64,000 nucleotides of DNA from an uncultured Clostridia bacterium (GTDB taxonomy: Bacteria > Bacillota > Clostridia > Christensenellales > Borkfalkiaceae): contig CANREM010000005.1 in NCBI GenBank assembly GCA_947629675.1, positions 18,393 to 82,392 of the forward strand, written 5' to 3'. Under the pieces are notes generated by a model. That model worked only from the letters and a program-made list of their open reading frames with translations. It made no database searches and had not been told where the DNA came from. A program made the position numbers and the translations under genes. Each line of letters begins with the position of its first letter. The stretch's first letter is position 1. Shown piece by piece: positions 9,647 through 19,216 of the stretch.

Positions 9647-10726
9647 ATGCAATCGCTTTTGCTTGATAAAAATCCGCTCTTCGGACTGAATCCCGACGGC
9701 AAGGGGATCTACTTCTTCACGCTGCCCATCCAGTTCTATGCGATCGTCATCGTCAGCGGCATGATCATCGCGGCCGTTCTTTCCGCCCTTCTCATGAAGC
9801 GGAGGAATATGGACAACGGGTTCATCTACATCCTCTTCGTGGTCTGTATCCCGTCGGCGATCATCGGTGCGCGCCTCTTCTCCTGCCTCACCGACCCGGG
9901 GCTTGGCATCAAGGCCTTTTTCGACTTCCCGTGGGCGGGGCTTTCGATCACGGGCGGGGTTATCGGCGGCGTCCTTGCGGGATTTATCGTCTGCATGTGC
10001 TGCAAGGTGAACTTCCTGCGCGCGGCGGACTGCGTCGTCATCAACATCCTCTTTGCACAGGCTCTCGGCCGCTGGGGGAATTACTTCAACCAGGAAGTGT
10101 ACGGCGGCCTCATCACCGATCCCGCGCAGCAGTGGTTCCCCTGGGCGGTGTATATCAAGGACACGGGGGAATGGCACCACGCCTTTTTCTTCTATGAAAT
10201 GGTCCTCAATCTCATCGGCTGGGCGATCCTTTTCACCTTTACATGGTTCAGGAAAAAGAAGCCGAACGGCATCTCCACCTGCCTCTACTTCGTCTGGTAC
10301 GGCACGGTGCGCGCCGTCATGGAGCCTCTCCGCGATCAAAGCTTTATCCTGAATGCGGGCGGCGTGATGTGGTCGGAGCTTTTCGCCATCATGCTCTCGG
10401 GGTTCGGTGTCATCGCCATCCTCGTCTTGCTCCTTGTCAACTATAAGCGGGAGGACGCCTTCATCGGGAGCAGAAAGGGGGATCCTTGCGGCATCACGAA
10501 GTATCTCTCCTACAGCAAGAAGGCAAAGCCCTACTATTCCAAGATCAACATGCTCGGCGCGAACTATCCGCCCCGCCCGGAGGAGCCGAAGAAGAAAAAG
10601 AAGAGGGGCATGTCCGAGGACGAGGTGCAAAATTCGGCGTCCGAGGGGGAGAAGGACGAGAGGCCCGAGCGGCCGCGCCCCGCTTCCTTGGACATCAAAG
10701 ATCATGACAGAGAGGAGAAGAAATGA
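9647..10726 (+). CDS. lgt: Prolipoprotein diacylglyceryl transferase with a charged C-terminal extension
   Basis: The GRWGNYFNQEVYG motif and polytopic profile support Lgt. The last ~80 aa are K/E/R-rich. Confidence 0.9.
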   Translation: MQSLLLDKNPLFGLNPDGKGIYFFTLPIQFYAIVIVSGMIIAAVLSALLMKRRNMDNGFIYILFVVCIPSAIIGARLFSCLTDPGLGIKAFFDFPWAGLSITGGVIGGVLAGFIVCMCCKVNFLRAADCVVINILFAQALGRWGNYFNQEVYGGLITDPAQQWFPWAVYIKDTGEWHHAFFFYEMVLNLIGWAILFTFTWFRKKKPNGISTCLYFVWYGTVRAVMEPLRDQSFILNAGGVMWSELFAIMLSGFGVIAILVLLLVNYKREDAFIGSRKGDPCGITKYLSYSKKAKPYYSKINMLGANYPPRPEEPKKKKKRGMSEDEVQNSASEGEKDERPERPRPASLDIKDHDREEKK

Positions 10727-12150
10727 GAAATCTGACGCTCCTCACCGATCTCTATGAGATCACCATGGGACAGGGATATTTCAACGAAGGGCGGCATGAA
10801 AAACTTGCCGCATTCGACGTCTTTTTCCGCCCCAACAAACTCATCACCTACTCCGTCGCCGCCGGCATGGAGCAGGTCGCGGAGTATCTTGAAAATTTGC
10901 ATTTCACCGAGGACGACATTGCCTATCTTCGCTCCCTCGGCATTTTTTCGGAGGACTATCTCGCCTATCTTTCGAAGCTCCGCTTCCACGGGGACGTTCT
11001 CTCCGTCGAAGAGGGGGAGATCGTCTTTCCCTATGAGCCGATCCTCACCGTAAAGGCACCCATGATCGAGGCACAGCTCGTCGAGACAGCCATTCTGACC
11101 TTCGTCAACCACCAGACGCTCATCGCCACCAAGGCGGCAAAGATCGTCGATGCGGCGGGCGGGGGCGTGATGGAGTTCGGCCTCCGCCGCGCACAGGGGG
11201 CGGATGCGGGCATCTACGGCGCACGGGCGGCCATGATCGGCGGCTGTGTGGGGACTTCCAACGTGTATGCGGGGAAGCTCTTTAATGTGCCCGTTTCGGG
11301 GACGATGGCGCATAGCTGGGTGATGGACTTCGGAAGCGAGATCGAGGCCTTCCGCGCCTATGCGAGGAGTTTTCCCGACAACTGCCTCCTTCTCGTAGAC
11401 ACCTACGACACCTTGAAAAGCGGCGTCCCGAACGCCATTGAAGTATTCAAAGAGCTGCGTGCCGCGGGGCACGAGGGGAAGGGCATCCGCCTCGATTCGG
11501 GCGACCTTGCCTACCTTTCCAAACAGGCGAGGAAGATGCTCGACGATGCGGGGTTCCCCAATGCCATCATCTGTGCATCGGGCGATCTCGACGAATACTC
11601 CATCGCCTCCCTGAAGACGCAGGGGGCAAAGATCGATAGCTGGGGGGTGGGGACGAAGCTCATCACGAGCGCGGATCTTCCCGCACTCGGCGGGGTGTAT
11701 AAGCTCGCCGCCGTCTTTGAGGACGGGGCCGAGATCCCCAAGATCAAGCTCTCCGACACGACGGAGAAGATCACCAATCCCGGCATGAAGGAGCTGTACC
11801 GTATCTACGACAGGGGGACAGGCAAGGCGATCGCCGACTACATCGTGCGGGAAAACGAGCGCATCGATGAAGAAAAGCCGCTCGAACTCTTCCACCCCGT
11901 CGAGACGTGGAAGCGGATGACGGTGAAAAATTTCACGGCGAGAAATCTTCGCACCCCCCTCGTTCTGGGAGGGAAGTGTGTCCGCAAGGCCTTGCCCCTT
12001 GCTGCCTATTCCGAGAGATTCAAGGCGGAGAAGGCGCGCTTTTGGGAGGAGTATACGCGGCGGGATGTGCCGCATATCTATAAGGTGGACCTGTCGCCCG
12101 CGCTCTGCAAGCTGAAGGCGGACATGGTATGCCGCGAAAAGGGGAAATGA
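10723..12150 (+). CDS. pncB: Nicotinate phosphoribosyltransferase
   Basis: N-terminus LLTDLYEITMGQGYF, and GTMAHSWV; 475 aa. The start overlaps the lgt stop. Confidence 0.9.
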   Translation: MRNLTLLTDLYEITMGQGYFNEGRHEKLAAFDVFFRPNKLITYSVAAGMEQVAEYLENLHFTEDDIAYLRSLGIFSEDYLAYLSKLRFHGDVLSVEEGEIVFPYEPILTVKAPMIEAQLVETAILTFVNHQTLIATKAAKIVDAAGGGVMEFGLRRAQGADAGIYGARAAMIGGCVGTSNVYAGKLFNVPVSGTMAHSWVMDFGSEIEAFRAYARSFPDNCLLLVDTYDTLKSGVPNAIEVFKELRAAGHEGKGIRLDSGDLAYLSKQARKMLDDAGFPNAIICASGDLDEYSIASLKTQGAKIDSWGVGTKLITSADLPALGGVYKLAAVFEDGAEIPKIKLSDTTEKITNPGMKELYRIYDRGTGKAIADYIVRENERIDEEKPLELFHPVETWKRMTVKNFTARNLRTPLVLGGKCVRKALPLAAYSERFKAEKARFWEEYTRRDVPHIYKVDLSPALCKLKADMVCREKGK

Positions 12151-12626
12151 TGTTATATTCCGCAAGACGGGTAAAAAAACTCACTGCGCGGATGCAGCAG
12201 GAATATCTTGCCGCGCTCGCGGAAAAGGACGGCGAAATGGCCCGTCTCAAGGAGGAGAACAGGCTCCTCGGCGCACGCGTTCTGAAACTCGAAGAGGAGC
12301 GGGCGAGCGTTGCGGACGCCCTCATCTTTGCCGCAAAGGCGCGCGAGAAGCTCTCCGAAGAACAGAGGCGAGAGCGGGAGAATGAGGACCGCGAGCGCGT
12401 TCTCCTTGCCGAAAAGTGCCGGGAGCTTGCCAAAAGGCTCATGCAAAAATATCCCGATGAGGAGGCCAAAGCGTTTGCACGGTACACCGAGGCACTACGG
12501 GAGGAGCTTGGCATCGCCGCGGAGGAGGAGACGGGCTTCAACATGGACGACGTGATCGCTCCCAAGGAAGAGCTTGACCTCGGAAAACTTTGCCGCGATT
12601 TGGGCCTCATGGAGGAGGATGTATGA
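12147..12626 (+). CDS. Coiled-coil protein (possibly DivIVA-related)
   Basis: Heptad-rich charged sequence. ATGA overlap with the pncB stop. It sits upstream of lspA-rluD as divIVA does in Bacillus, but the DivIVA N-terminal motif is not seen. Confidence 0.45.
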   Translation: MMLYSARRVKKLTARMQQEYLAALAEKDGEMARLKEENRLLGARVLKLEEERASVADALIFAAKAREKLSEEQRRERENEDRERVLLAEKCRELAKRLMQKYPDEEAKAFARYTEALREELGIAAEEETGFNMDDVIAPKEELDLGKLCRDLGLMEEDV

Positions 12627-13207
12627 AATACGAAAAAATCAGACGCATAAAGCGCGTTCTCATCTGTATTTTGGTCGCACTTGTGCTGCTCTTTATCGAC
12701 CAGATCTCCAAGATCGTCGCACAGCTTCTCCTGGAGGGCAACGCCCCCGTCCGCCTCATCCCAGGGTGGTTCGAACTCACCTATGTTCTCAACGATTCCG
12801 TCGCATTCGGCATCGGGAACGGGAACACGACCTTCATCACGGTCATCATGGTGGCAACGCCAATTCTTGTCGCCGGCTTCATCGCGATCGCCCTCACCCT
12901 CTTCAAGAAAAACCAGCCCGCCGCGCTCTCCCTCTTCTGCATCGCATCGGGGGCAGTGGGGAACTTTTTGGACAGGCTGTTCGTGACGGACGCCGCGGGC
13001 AAGGCGGTCGTGCGCGACTTCATGTATATCCGCTTTTTCAACGTGTGCAACTTTGCCGATTTCTGTATCACCCTCGGCGCGGTCGCGCTCGTTGTCATCC
13101 TCCTCTTCATCGGCCCCTCGGCCGCCTTCCCCTTGAGGAAGAAATGGCGTCAGGAGCAGAAGCGGCAGGAGGCGGAGAAGGAAGCGAAAAAACATGCAAA
13201 GGCTTGA
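12623..13207 (+). CDS. lspA: Signal peptidase II (lipoprotein signal peptidase)
   Basis: GAVGNFLDRL and VRDFM...NFADF motifs and four TM segments. ATGA overlap with the upstream stop. Confidence 0.9.
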   Translation: MKYEKIRRIKRVLICILVALVLLFIDQISKIVAQLLLEGNAPVRLIPGWFELTYVLNDSVAFGIGNGNTTFITVIMVATPILVAGFIAIALTLFKKNQPAALSLFCIASGAVGNFLDRLFVTDAAGKAVVRDFMYIRFFNVCNFADFCITLGAVALVVILLFIGPSAAFPLRKKWRQEQKRQEAEKEAKKHAKA

Positions 13208-14105
13208 GTTCACCGCGGAGTGCAGTGCCCGCGCCGACCTCTTTTTGAGTGAGCGGACGCAGCTCACCCGTTCGGCGGTAAAAAAACTCGCCGATGCGGA
13301 CATGGTATGGCTCAACGGCGTCAACGCCAAGGCGGGAGCCGCCGTAAAGAGCGGGGACAAGGTGGAGATCCTCATCCCCGATCCCGTGCCCATCAAGGCT
13401 AAGGCGGAGGATATCCCCATCGACATCCTCTATGAGGACGACGACATCGCCGTCGTCAACAAGCCGCAGGGGATGACGGTGCATGCGGGCGCGGGGAACT
13501 TCGAGGGGACGCTCGTCAATGCCCTTCTCTATAGGTTGAGATCGCTCAGCGGCATCAACGGCGAGCTGCGCCCGGGCATCGTCCACCGCATTGACAAGGA
13601 GACATCGGGGCTGCTCGTCGTCGCCAAGAACGACGCCGCCCATCTCTCCCTCTCAAAGCAGATCGCCGAAAAGACGGCAAAGCGCGAATATCTCGCCCTG
13701 TTGGAGGGGGTCTTAAAGGAGGACAGCGGCACGATCGTCACGCAGATGGGGCGGGATCCCAAAAACAGGCTCCGCCAGGCGGTGCTTCCCGCGGGGGAAG
13801 GGCGGCGCGCGGAGACCGAGTTTTTTGTGGAGGAGCGGTTCAAAAACAACACGCTCGCCCGCTTTTCTCTGAGGACGGGCCGCACGCATCAGATCCGCGT
13901 GCATGCGAAGTACATCGGCCACCCCGTCGTCGGGGATAAAGTGTATGGATATGCGCGGCAGCGGTTCGCCCTCGAAGGGCAGCTCCTGCACGCCTTCCGC
14001 CTCACTCTCACGCACCCCAAGACGGGGGAGAGGATGACATTCGAGGCACCCATGCCCGAAACCTTCCTACATATTTTGGAGATCGTACGGAAGGAAAGTA
14101 AGTAA
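13194..14105 (+). CDS. rluD: RluA/RluD-family 23S rRNA pseudouridine synthase
   Basis: N-terminal S4-like domain, plus HRIDKETSGLLVVAK and RTGRTHQIRVH motifs. Confidence 0.9.
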   Translation: MQRLEFTAECSARADLFLSERTQLTRSAVKKLADADMVWLNGVNAKAGAAVKSGDKVEILIPDPVPIKAKAEDIPIDILYEDDDIAVVNKPQGMTVHAGAGNFEGTLVNALLYRLRSLSGINGELRPGIVHRIDKETSGLLVVAKNDAAHLSLSKQIAEKTAKREYLALLEGVLKEDSGTIVTQMGRDPKNRLRQAVLPAGEGRRAETEFFVEERFKNNTLARFSLRTGRTHQIRVHAKYIGHPVVGDKVYGYARQRFALEGQLLHAFRLTLTHPKTGERMTFEAPMPETFLHILEIVRKESK

Positions 14106-14131
14106 AAATTTTCTCTTTTCGGAGGTTTATC

Positions 14132-14437
14132 ATGGCAAAAAAGATCAAAGAGGAAAAACCCGGGAAGCGGATAAGATTTGCCGATTTTATCGCCTTTCTC
14201 GCCCTTCTTCTCTCCGCACTGCTCCTTCTCATCGGTCCCATTCTGCGCAAGTTCGCAGGATCCACGGGCGTCCGCATCGCGGACATCTCCTCGACCGTCG
14301 CCGAGGTCCTTCTCGTCCTCGCGGTCGCGCTTCCCGCATGGTATTTTGCGAGAAAGGGCGGCATCTTCGGGAAGGTCGTCTATTTCGTCTGCCTCGTCGT
14401 CTTTATCGTAGGGATCGTTCTCGGATACGTCTTATAA
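14132..14437 (+). CDS. Small membrane protein, unknown function
   Basis: 101 aa with three predicted TM helices and an upstream GGAGG. Confidence 0.5.
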   Translation: MAKKIKEEKPGKRIRFADFIAFLALLLSALLLLIGPILRKFAGSTGVRIADISSTVAEVLLVLAVALPAWYFARKGGIFGKVVYFVCLVVFIVGIVLGYVL

Positions 14438-14455
14438 CTTCTTAAGGAGAGAGCT

Positions 14456-15766
14456 ATGGCTCCCGTCATTGCGATCGTCGGAAGGCCGAATGTGGGGAAG
14501 AGTACCTTCTTCAACCGGGTCGCCGGCAGAAAAATTTCCATCACCGAAAACCGGCCGGGCGTCACGCGCGACCGTATCACCGTAGACGCCGAATGGCGGG
14601 GAAGGCCGTTCACCCTCATCGATACGGGGGGGATCGAACTCAAGAGCGAGGACACCATGTGGAAACAGATCGCCCTGCAGGCCTCCCTTGCGATCGATAC
14701 GGCGGACGTCATCCTTTTTCTCACAGACGGGAAGGAGGGGCTGACCTCCTCCGACTACGATGTCGCGGAGCTTCTCCGCCGCTCCCAAAAGCCCGTCCTT
14801 CTTGTCGTCAACAAGGTGGACGACTATTCCCCCGACAAGATCTTCGAGTTTTATTCCTTGGGTCTCGGGGAACCTTACCCCATCTCCTCCGAACACGGCA
14901 CGGGCATCGGCGATGTCCTCGACAGGGCGGTGGAGTTCTTTCCGAAGGGGGAAAGTTCGGACATGGGTGGCCTGAAGATCGCCGTCGTCGGGAAACCCAA
15001 TGCGGGGAAATCCTCCCTCGTCAATAAGATCTTGGGGCAGGAGCGCGTGATCGTCACCCCCATTGCGGGCACCACGCGCGATGCCATCGATACGAAATTC
15101 GAGCGGGACGGGAAGATCTACACCATCATCGACACGGCGGGCATCCGCAGAAAGCGTTCGGTGGAGGACGACGTCGAGTACTATTCCGTCCTGCGGGCCT
15201 TCGACGCCGTGCGGCGGGCGGATGTGTGCCTTCTCGTCGTGGATGCGGCGGAGGGCCTCACCGAACAGGACGTGAAGATCATCGGCTATGTTCACGAACA
15301 GGGCAAGCCTTCCCTTGTCGTCATGAACAAGTGGGACACCGTCGAAAAGGACACCCATACCATTCAGAAATTCGAGAAACAGCTCGCCGAGGACCTCAAA
15401 TTCATGAGCTATTTCAAGTCCGTCTACATCTCGGCAAAGACAGGCCAGCGGGTGGAAAAACTTCTCTCCCTCGCCGAAGAGGTGTATGCGCATGCCTGCT
15501 TCCGCGTCTCGACGGGGGCACTCAATGACCTTCTCATCGACGCCATGCGCATCAACGAGCCGCCGAGCTATCTCGGCAAACGTCTCAAGCTCTACTATGC
15601 CGCGCAGGTCTCCACCTGTCCGCCCCTCTTCGTTCTCAACGTCAACGACGACACCCTTCTGCACTTCTCCTATGAGCGGTACCTCGAAAATGTCATCCGC
15701 GAGGCGTATGATTTTTCGGGCACGCCGATCAGGATCAGGGCGCAGAGCAAGAAGGAGGGGGAATGA
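14456..15766 (+). CDS. der: Ribosome biogenesis GTPase Der (EngA)
   Basis: Two GTPase domains (GRPNVGKST and GKPNAGKSS), 436 aa. Confidence 0.95.
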   Translation: MAPVIAIVGRPNVGKSTFFNRVAGRKISITENRPGVTRDRITVDAEWRGRPFTLIDTGGIELKSEDTMWKQIALQASLAIDTADVILFLTDGKEGLTSSDYDVAELLRRSQKPVLLVVNKVDDYSPDKIFEFYSLGLGEPYPISSEHGTGIGDVLDRAVEFFPKGESSDMGGLKIAVVGKPNAGKSSLVNKILGQERVIVTPIAGTTRDAIDTKFERDGKIYTIIDTAGIRRKRSVEDDVEYYSVLRAFDAVRRADVCLLVVDAAEGLTEQDVKIIGYVHEQGKPSLVVMNKWDTVEKDTHTIQKFEKQLAEDLKFMSYFKSVYISAKTGQRVEKLLSLAEEVYAHACFRVSTGALNDLLIDAMRINEPPSYLGKRLKLYYAAQVSTCPPLFVLNVNDDTLLHFSYERYLENVIREAYDFSGTPIRIRAQSKKEGE

Positions 15767-16500
15767 AGGAGCTGGGCTTTGCACAACTGTGGTATTGGCT
15801 GCTCCTCATGGCCGTCCTCTGCTACTTCATCGGGTGCTTCAACTTCGCCGTCATTCTCGCCAAAGCGCGCCATAAGGATGTGAGAAGGATCGGGAGCGGC
15901 AACCCCGGCACCATGAACATCAGCCGCGAATTCGGCCTCAAAGTGGGGCTTGCGAACTTCTTGCTTGACGCCTGCAAGGGGGGCGTGCCCGCCCTCGTGT
16001 CCTACTTCATTTTCCGGAATTACGCCTTCGAGGGCACCCATGTCGCGATCTCGGACTTCACGCGCTACTTCTGCGGGCTGTTTGTCATCCTCGGTCACAT
16101 CTATCCCGTGACGATGCGGTTCAAGGGGGGGAAGGGCATCGCCTCCACCTTGGGGCTTTTCACCTTCTGCATCCCCTGCGAGAACGGCTGGTTCGCCTTC
16201 GGAACGGTGGGCGCGCTCATCGGGGTACTCATCTACATCGGTCTCACCGAGTGGGGTTCGATGGGGTCGCTCCTCGGCGTGACGGGCCTTTCCGTCTGGC
16301 AGGCCGTCATCTTCGTTCTCCGCTATGAAGGGGAGCTTTTGAGCGGGTGGACGGTCGCCATCTTCATGATCCTCCTCGCGCTCAACTTCCTCCCGTGGTT
16401 TGCGCACAGAAAGAACATCCTGCGCCTCTTCTCGGGGGAGGAACACCGCACGTCCGTCAAACGCCTCTACAAGGGCAAGCGCGGCATGAAGGATATGTAA
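15763..16500 (+). CDS. plsY: Glycerol-3-phosphate acyltransferase PlsY
   Basis: GSGNPGTMN and KGGKGIA motifs in a polytopic protein. ATGA overlap with the der stop. Confidence 0.9.
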   Translation: MKELGFAQLWYWLLLMAVLCYFIGCFNFAVILAKARHKDVRRIGSGNPGTMNISREFGLKVGLANFLLDACKGGVPALVSYFIFRNYAFEGTHVAISDFTRYFCGLFVILGHIYPVTMRFKGGKGIASTLGLFTFCIPCENGWFAFGTVGALIGVLIYIGLTEWGSMGSLLGVTGLSVWQAVIFVLRYEGELLSGWTVAIFMILLALNFLPWFAHRKNILRLFSGEEHRTSVKRLYKGKRGMKDM

Positions 16501-16518
16501 AAATTTGAAAACAGAAAG

Positions 16519-16550
16519 CGGGGGGGCGCAATTCATGCGCCCCGCCGCAT
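16519..16550. terminator. GC-rich palindromic hairpin (terminator after plsY); copy 1 of a duplicated hairpin
   Basis: gcggggggcgca-attcat-gcgccccgccgc. A near-identical copy lies at 17259-17290. Confidence 0.6.
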
Positions 16551-16627
16551 GTTATAATGAGAAAAATTTTTTCAAAATAGGTTGTTTTTTAGCTACAATT
16601 CGGATATAATAAGTATGAGGTGATATT

Positions 16628-16870
16628 ATGTTGATCAATACGAGCCAAGTTCTTTCGATTTCCGAGGCAAACCAAAACTTTTCGCGTGCGGCGCGGATCG
16701 CCGATAGAGAGGGCAGCGTTGTGATCTTTAAGAACAATAAGCCGCGCTATATGCTCGTGAACCTTCAGGACAATCCCGCCTTCGACCTTTCAGACGACGA
16801 AAAAATCGATGTGGTCGCCGGGCGCATTTTGGAGAAACACCGCAGAGCCTTCGAGGAGCTTGCAAAATGA
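16628..16870 (+). CDS. Type II antitoxin, Phd/YefM family
   Basis: 80 aa with N-terminus SISEANQNFSRAARIADREGSVVIFKNNKPRYMLV. Overlaps the doc start. Confidence 0.85.
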   Translation: MLINTSQVLSISEANQNFSRAARIADREGSVVIFKNNKPRYMLVNLQDNPAFDLSDDEKIDVVAGRILEKHRRAFEELAK

Positions 16871-17244
16871 TAAAGTTCAGCAAAGAAAAAGTGATGCTTC
16901 TTCATCGTCTGCTCATTGAACAGACGGGCGGCGAGGGCGGCATCCGTGATGTTGGCTTATTGGAATCCGCACTTGAAGCATGCTATGCGACCTTTGACGG
17001 CAGGGAATTGTTTCCCACCAAAGAAGAGAAAGCTGCGCGGCTCTGCGCGGGACTCATTTCCAATCATGCTTTTGTGGACGGGAACAAACGCATTGGGATT
17101 TATGTGCTTTTGACTTTTCTTGAAGTCAATGGGATCGCATTGGAAGTGACCGACGAGGAGCTTGTCGAAATCGGCTTATCTCTTGCGAGAGGCGAGATGA
17201 AATACGAAGAACTCCTTGCTTGGATCCTGTCACATGAAAATTAA
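16867..17244 (+). CDS. doc: Type II toxin, death-on-curing (Doc, Fic fold)
   Basis: HAFVDGNKRIG Fic/Doc motif, 125 aa. Confidence 0.9.
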   Translation: MIKFSKEKVMLLHRLLIEQTGGEGGIRDVGLLESALEACYATFDGRELFPTKEEKAARLCAGLISNHAFVDGNKRIGIYVLLTFLEVNGIALEVTDEELVEIGLSLARGEMKYEELLAWILSHEN

Positions 17245-17258
17245 ACGCTTTATAAACC

Positions 17259-17290
17259 CGGCGGGGCGCAATTCGTGCGCCCCGCCGCAT
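17259..17290. terminator. GC-rich palindromic hairpin; copy 2 (serves doc and the convergent gpmI)
   Basis: cggcggggcgca-attcgt-gcgccccgccg. Near-identical to 16519-16550. Confidence 0.6.
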
Positions 17291-17340
17291 TCGTTTAACA
17301 GCGGTTATTTTTACGATATTTTTGAGTGTCCTTCTTACTT

Positions 17341-18894
17341 TTATCTTTCGATCAGAGTTTTTCCCGTCATTTCGGGGGGGATGGGCAGACCCATCACGTC
17401 GAGAAGGGTGGGGGCGAGGTCGGCGAGGATGCCGTCCTTGCGGAGGGTCACGTCCCTGTATTTTTCGGAAATGAGTACGACGGGAACGGGGTTCGTGGTG
17501 TGTGCGGTGAAGGGGGAACCGTCCTCCGCGAGCATCCTGTCGGCGTTGCCGTGGTCGGCGGTGAGGAGGAGCGACCCGCCCATGGAGAGAATTTTATCCA
17601 CCACCTTCTGCACGCATTCATCGACGGTATGCACCGCCTTGACGGCCGCGGGAATGACCCCCGTGTGGCCAACCATATCGCAGTTTGCAAAGTTCAAGAT
17701 CATCACGTCGTATTCGCCCGTGGAAAGCTCTTGAAGAACGCGCTCGGTCACTTCGGGCGCACTCATCTCGGGCTGAAGGTCGTAGGTCGCCACCTTGGGG
17801 GAGTTGATGAGAACGCGCACCTCATTCTCGTTGGGTGCCTCCACGCCGCCGTTGAAGAAGAAGGTGACGTGCGCGTATTTCTCCGTCTCGGCGATGCGCA
17901 GCTGCTTTTTGCCGAGTTTAGAAAGATATTCGCCGAGGGTGTTGTCCATGCTCTGTTTGGGGAAGGCGATGGAAACATTCCGGAAGGCGGCGTCGTACAC
18001 CGTAAAACAGACGTAAGTGGGGTGCAAAAAGCCCGTCTTGCGCGCAAAGGCCGTCCCCTTGGGAACGACAAAATTTTCCTCGGTGAAGGCACGGGTGATC
18101 TGCCTCGCCCTGTCGGGACGGAAGTTGAAGAAGATGATGCTGTCGCCCTCCTCGACGAGGGCAACGGGCTTGCCGTTTTCACAGATGTTCGTGGGCAGGA
18201 CAAATTCGTCCGTAACGCCGCTTTTATAGCTCTCTTCAAGGGCATGGATGGGGTCTGCGTCGTGAAGCCCCGTCCCGAGCGTGAGCATGTCGTAGCTCTT
18301 TTCGAGGCGGTCCCAGTTGTTGTCGCGGTCCATCGAGTAGTACCTTCCCGAAAGGGAGGCGAGCTTCCCATAGCCGAGTTTCTGCATGAAATCGAGCAGT
18401 TCTTTCACATATCCCACGCCCGAAGTGGGGGAAACGTCGCGCCCGTCCATGAAGGCATGCACGAAGGTTTGGGGCACGCCCCGCCTTTTTGCCATCTCCA
18501 AAAGGGCGAAAAGATGGGTGATGTGGGAGTGAACGCCGCCGTCGGAGAGCAGCCCCCAGAGGTGCAACTTTTTGCCCGTTTGACGTGCGACGTCCATAGC
18601 ATGTCCAAGAGCGGGGTTTTCGAAAAAGTCTCCGTCCTCGATGGACTTGGTGATCTTGGTGAGGTCCTGATAGACGATCCTGCCCGCACCGATGTTGAGA
18701 TGCCCGACTTCCGAGTTGCCCATTTGCCCCGCGGGAAGCCCGACGGATAGCCCGCTCGCGCCCAGCGTTGCCGAGGGGTAATTCTTTCTGAGGGCGGTCA
18801 CATTCTTGCTGCCGTCCATAAAGATCGCATTGCCTTCGTGTTCGCGGCTCAGCCCGTAGCCGTCCATGATGACGATCGCATAAGGTGTCTTCAT
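17341..18894 (-). CDS. gpmI: 2,3-bisphosphoglycerate-independent phosphoglycerate mutase
   Basis: IVIMDGYG, SDGGVHSH and ADHGNAD motifs. Start chosen at MKTPYAIV (GAGAGGA RBS) rather than the tracked 18924. Confidence 0.9.
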   Translation of the reverse strand: MKTPYAIVIMDGYGLSREHEGNAIFMDGSKNVTALRKNYPSATLGASGLSVGLPAGQMGNSEVGHLNIGAGRIVYQDLTKITKSIEDGDFFENPALGHAMDVARQTGKKLHLWGLLSDGGVHSHITHLFALLEMAKRRGVPQTFVHAFMDGRDVSPTSGVGYVKELLDFMQKLGYGKLASLSGRYYSMDRDNNWDRLEKSYDMLTLGTGLHDADPIHALEESYKSGVTDEFVLPTNICENGKPVALVEEGDSIIFFNFRPDRARQITRAFTEENFVVPKGTAFARKTGFLHPTYVCFTVYDAAFRNVSIAFPKQSMDNTLGEYLSKLGKKQLRIAETEKYAHVTFFFNGGVEAPNENEVRVLINSPKVATYDLQPEMSAPEVTERVLQELSTGEYDVMILNFANCDMVGHTGVIPAAVKAVHTVDECVQKVVDKILSMGGSLLLTADHGNADRMLAEDGSPFTAHTTNPVPVVLISEKYRDVTLRKDGILADLAPTLLDVMGLPIPPEMTGKTLIER

Positions 18895-19012
18895 ATTGAT
18901 GTCCTCTCTCTGTTTTTTCGCCATACATTATATACAACTTTTCAAAAAATGGCAAGCGCGCAGCGATATTTCGGAATTTTTTTCCTCCCCGAAATAAAAT
19001 TTCCTCAATTGC

Positions 19013-19041
19013 TTGCAAGACACCCCTCGATTTGCTATAAT
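19013..19041 (+). promoter_or_regulatory. Sigma-A-type promoter for the LRR protein gene
   Basis: TTGCAA (19013-19018), 17-nt spacer, TATAAT (19036-19041). Confidence 0.55.
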
Positions 19042-19046
19042 GAAAA

Positions 19047-19132
19047 TGCGTCACAACTGCATAACCTATCCATAAAGATACAACGGCACAGGTGTATCCT
19101 TTTTCCCATATGGATAGGAAAAGTTGTGACGC
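19047..19132 (+). promoter_or_regulatory. Extended three-segment hairpin in the 5' leader
   Basis: gcgtcacaact/agttgtgacgc (11 bp), cctatccata/tatggatagg (10 bp) and gataca/tgtatc (6 bp) nest into one ~86-nt stem-loop. Confidence 0.5.
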
Positions 19133-19216
19133 AGACAATACGGGATACTCTTTGCGGGCGTCCGATATTGTCGGGCGTCCTTATTTTTTGCCCGCACAAT
19201 TCATAGGAGGATTTTT

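Noticed and set aside
9632-12165. Minus-strand ORFs of 357 and 487 aa opposite lgt and pncB. The same applies to 17326-18750, 21454-22749, 22849-24378, 34298-36496, 38036-38959 and 32708-34213.
   Set aside because: Each overlaps, on the opposite strand, a gene with clear family motifs. They are a stop-codon-depletion artefact of G+C-rich coding DNA.
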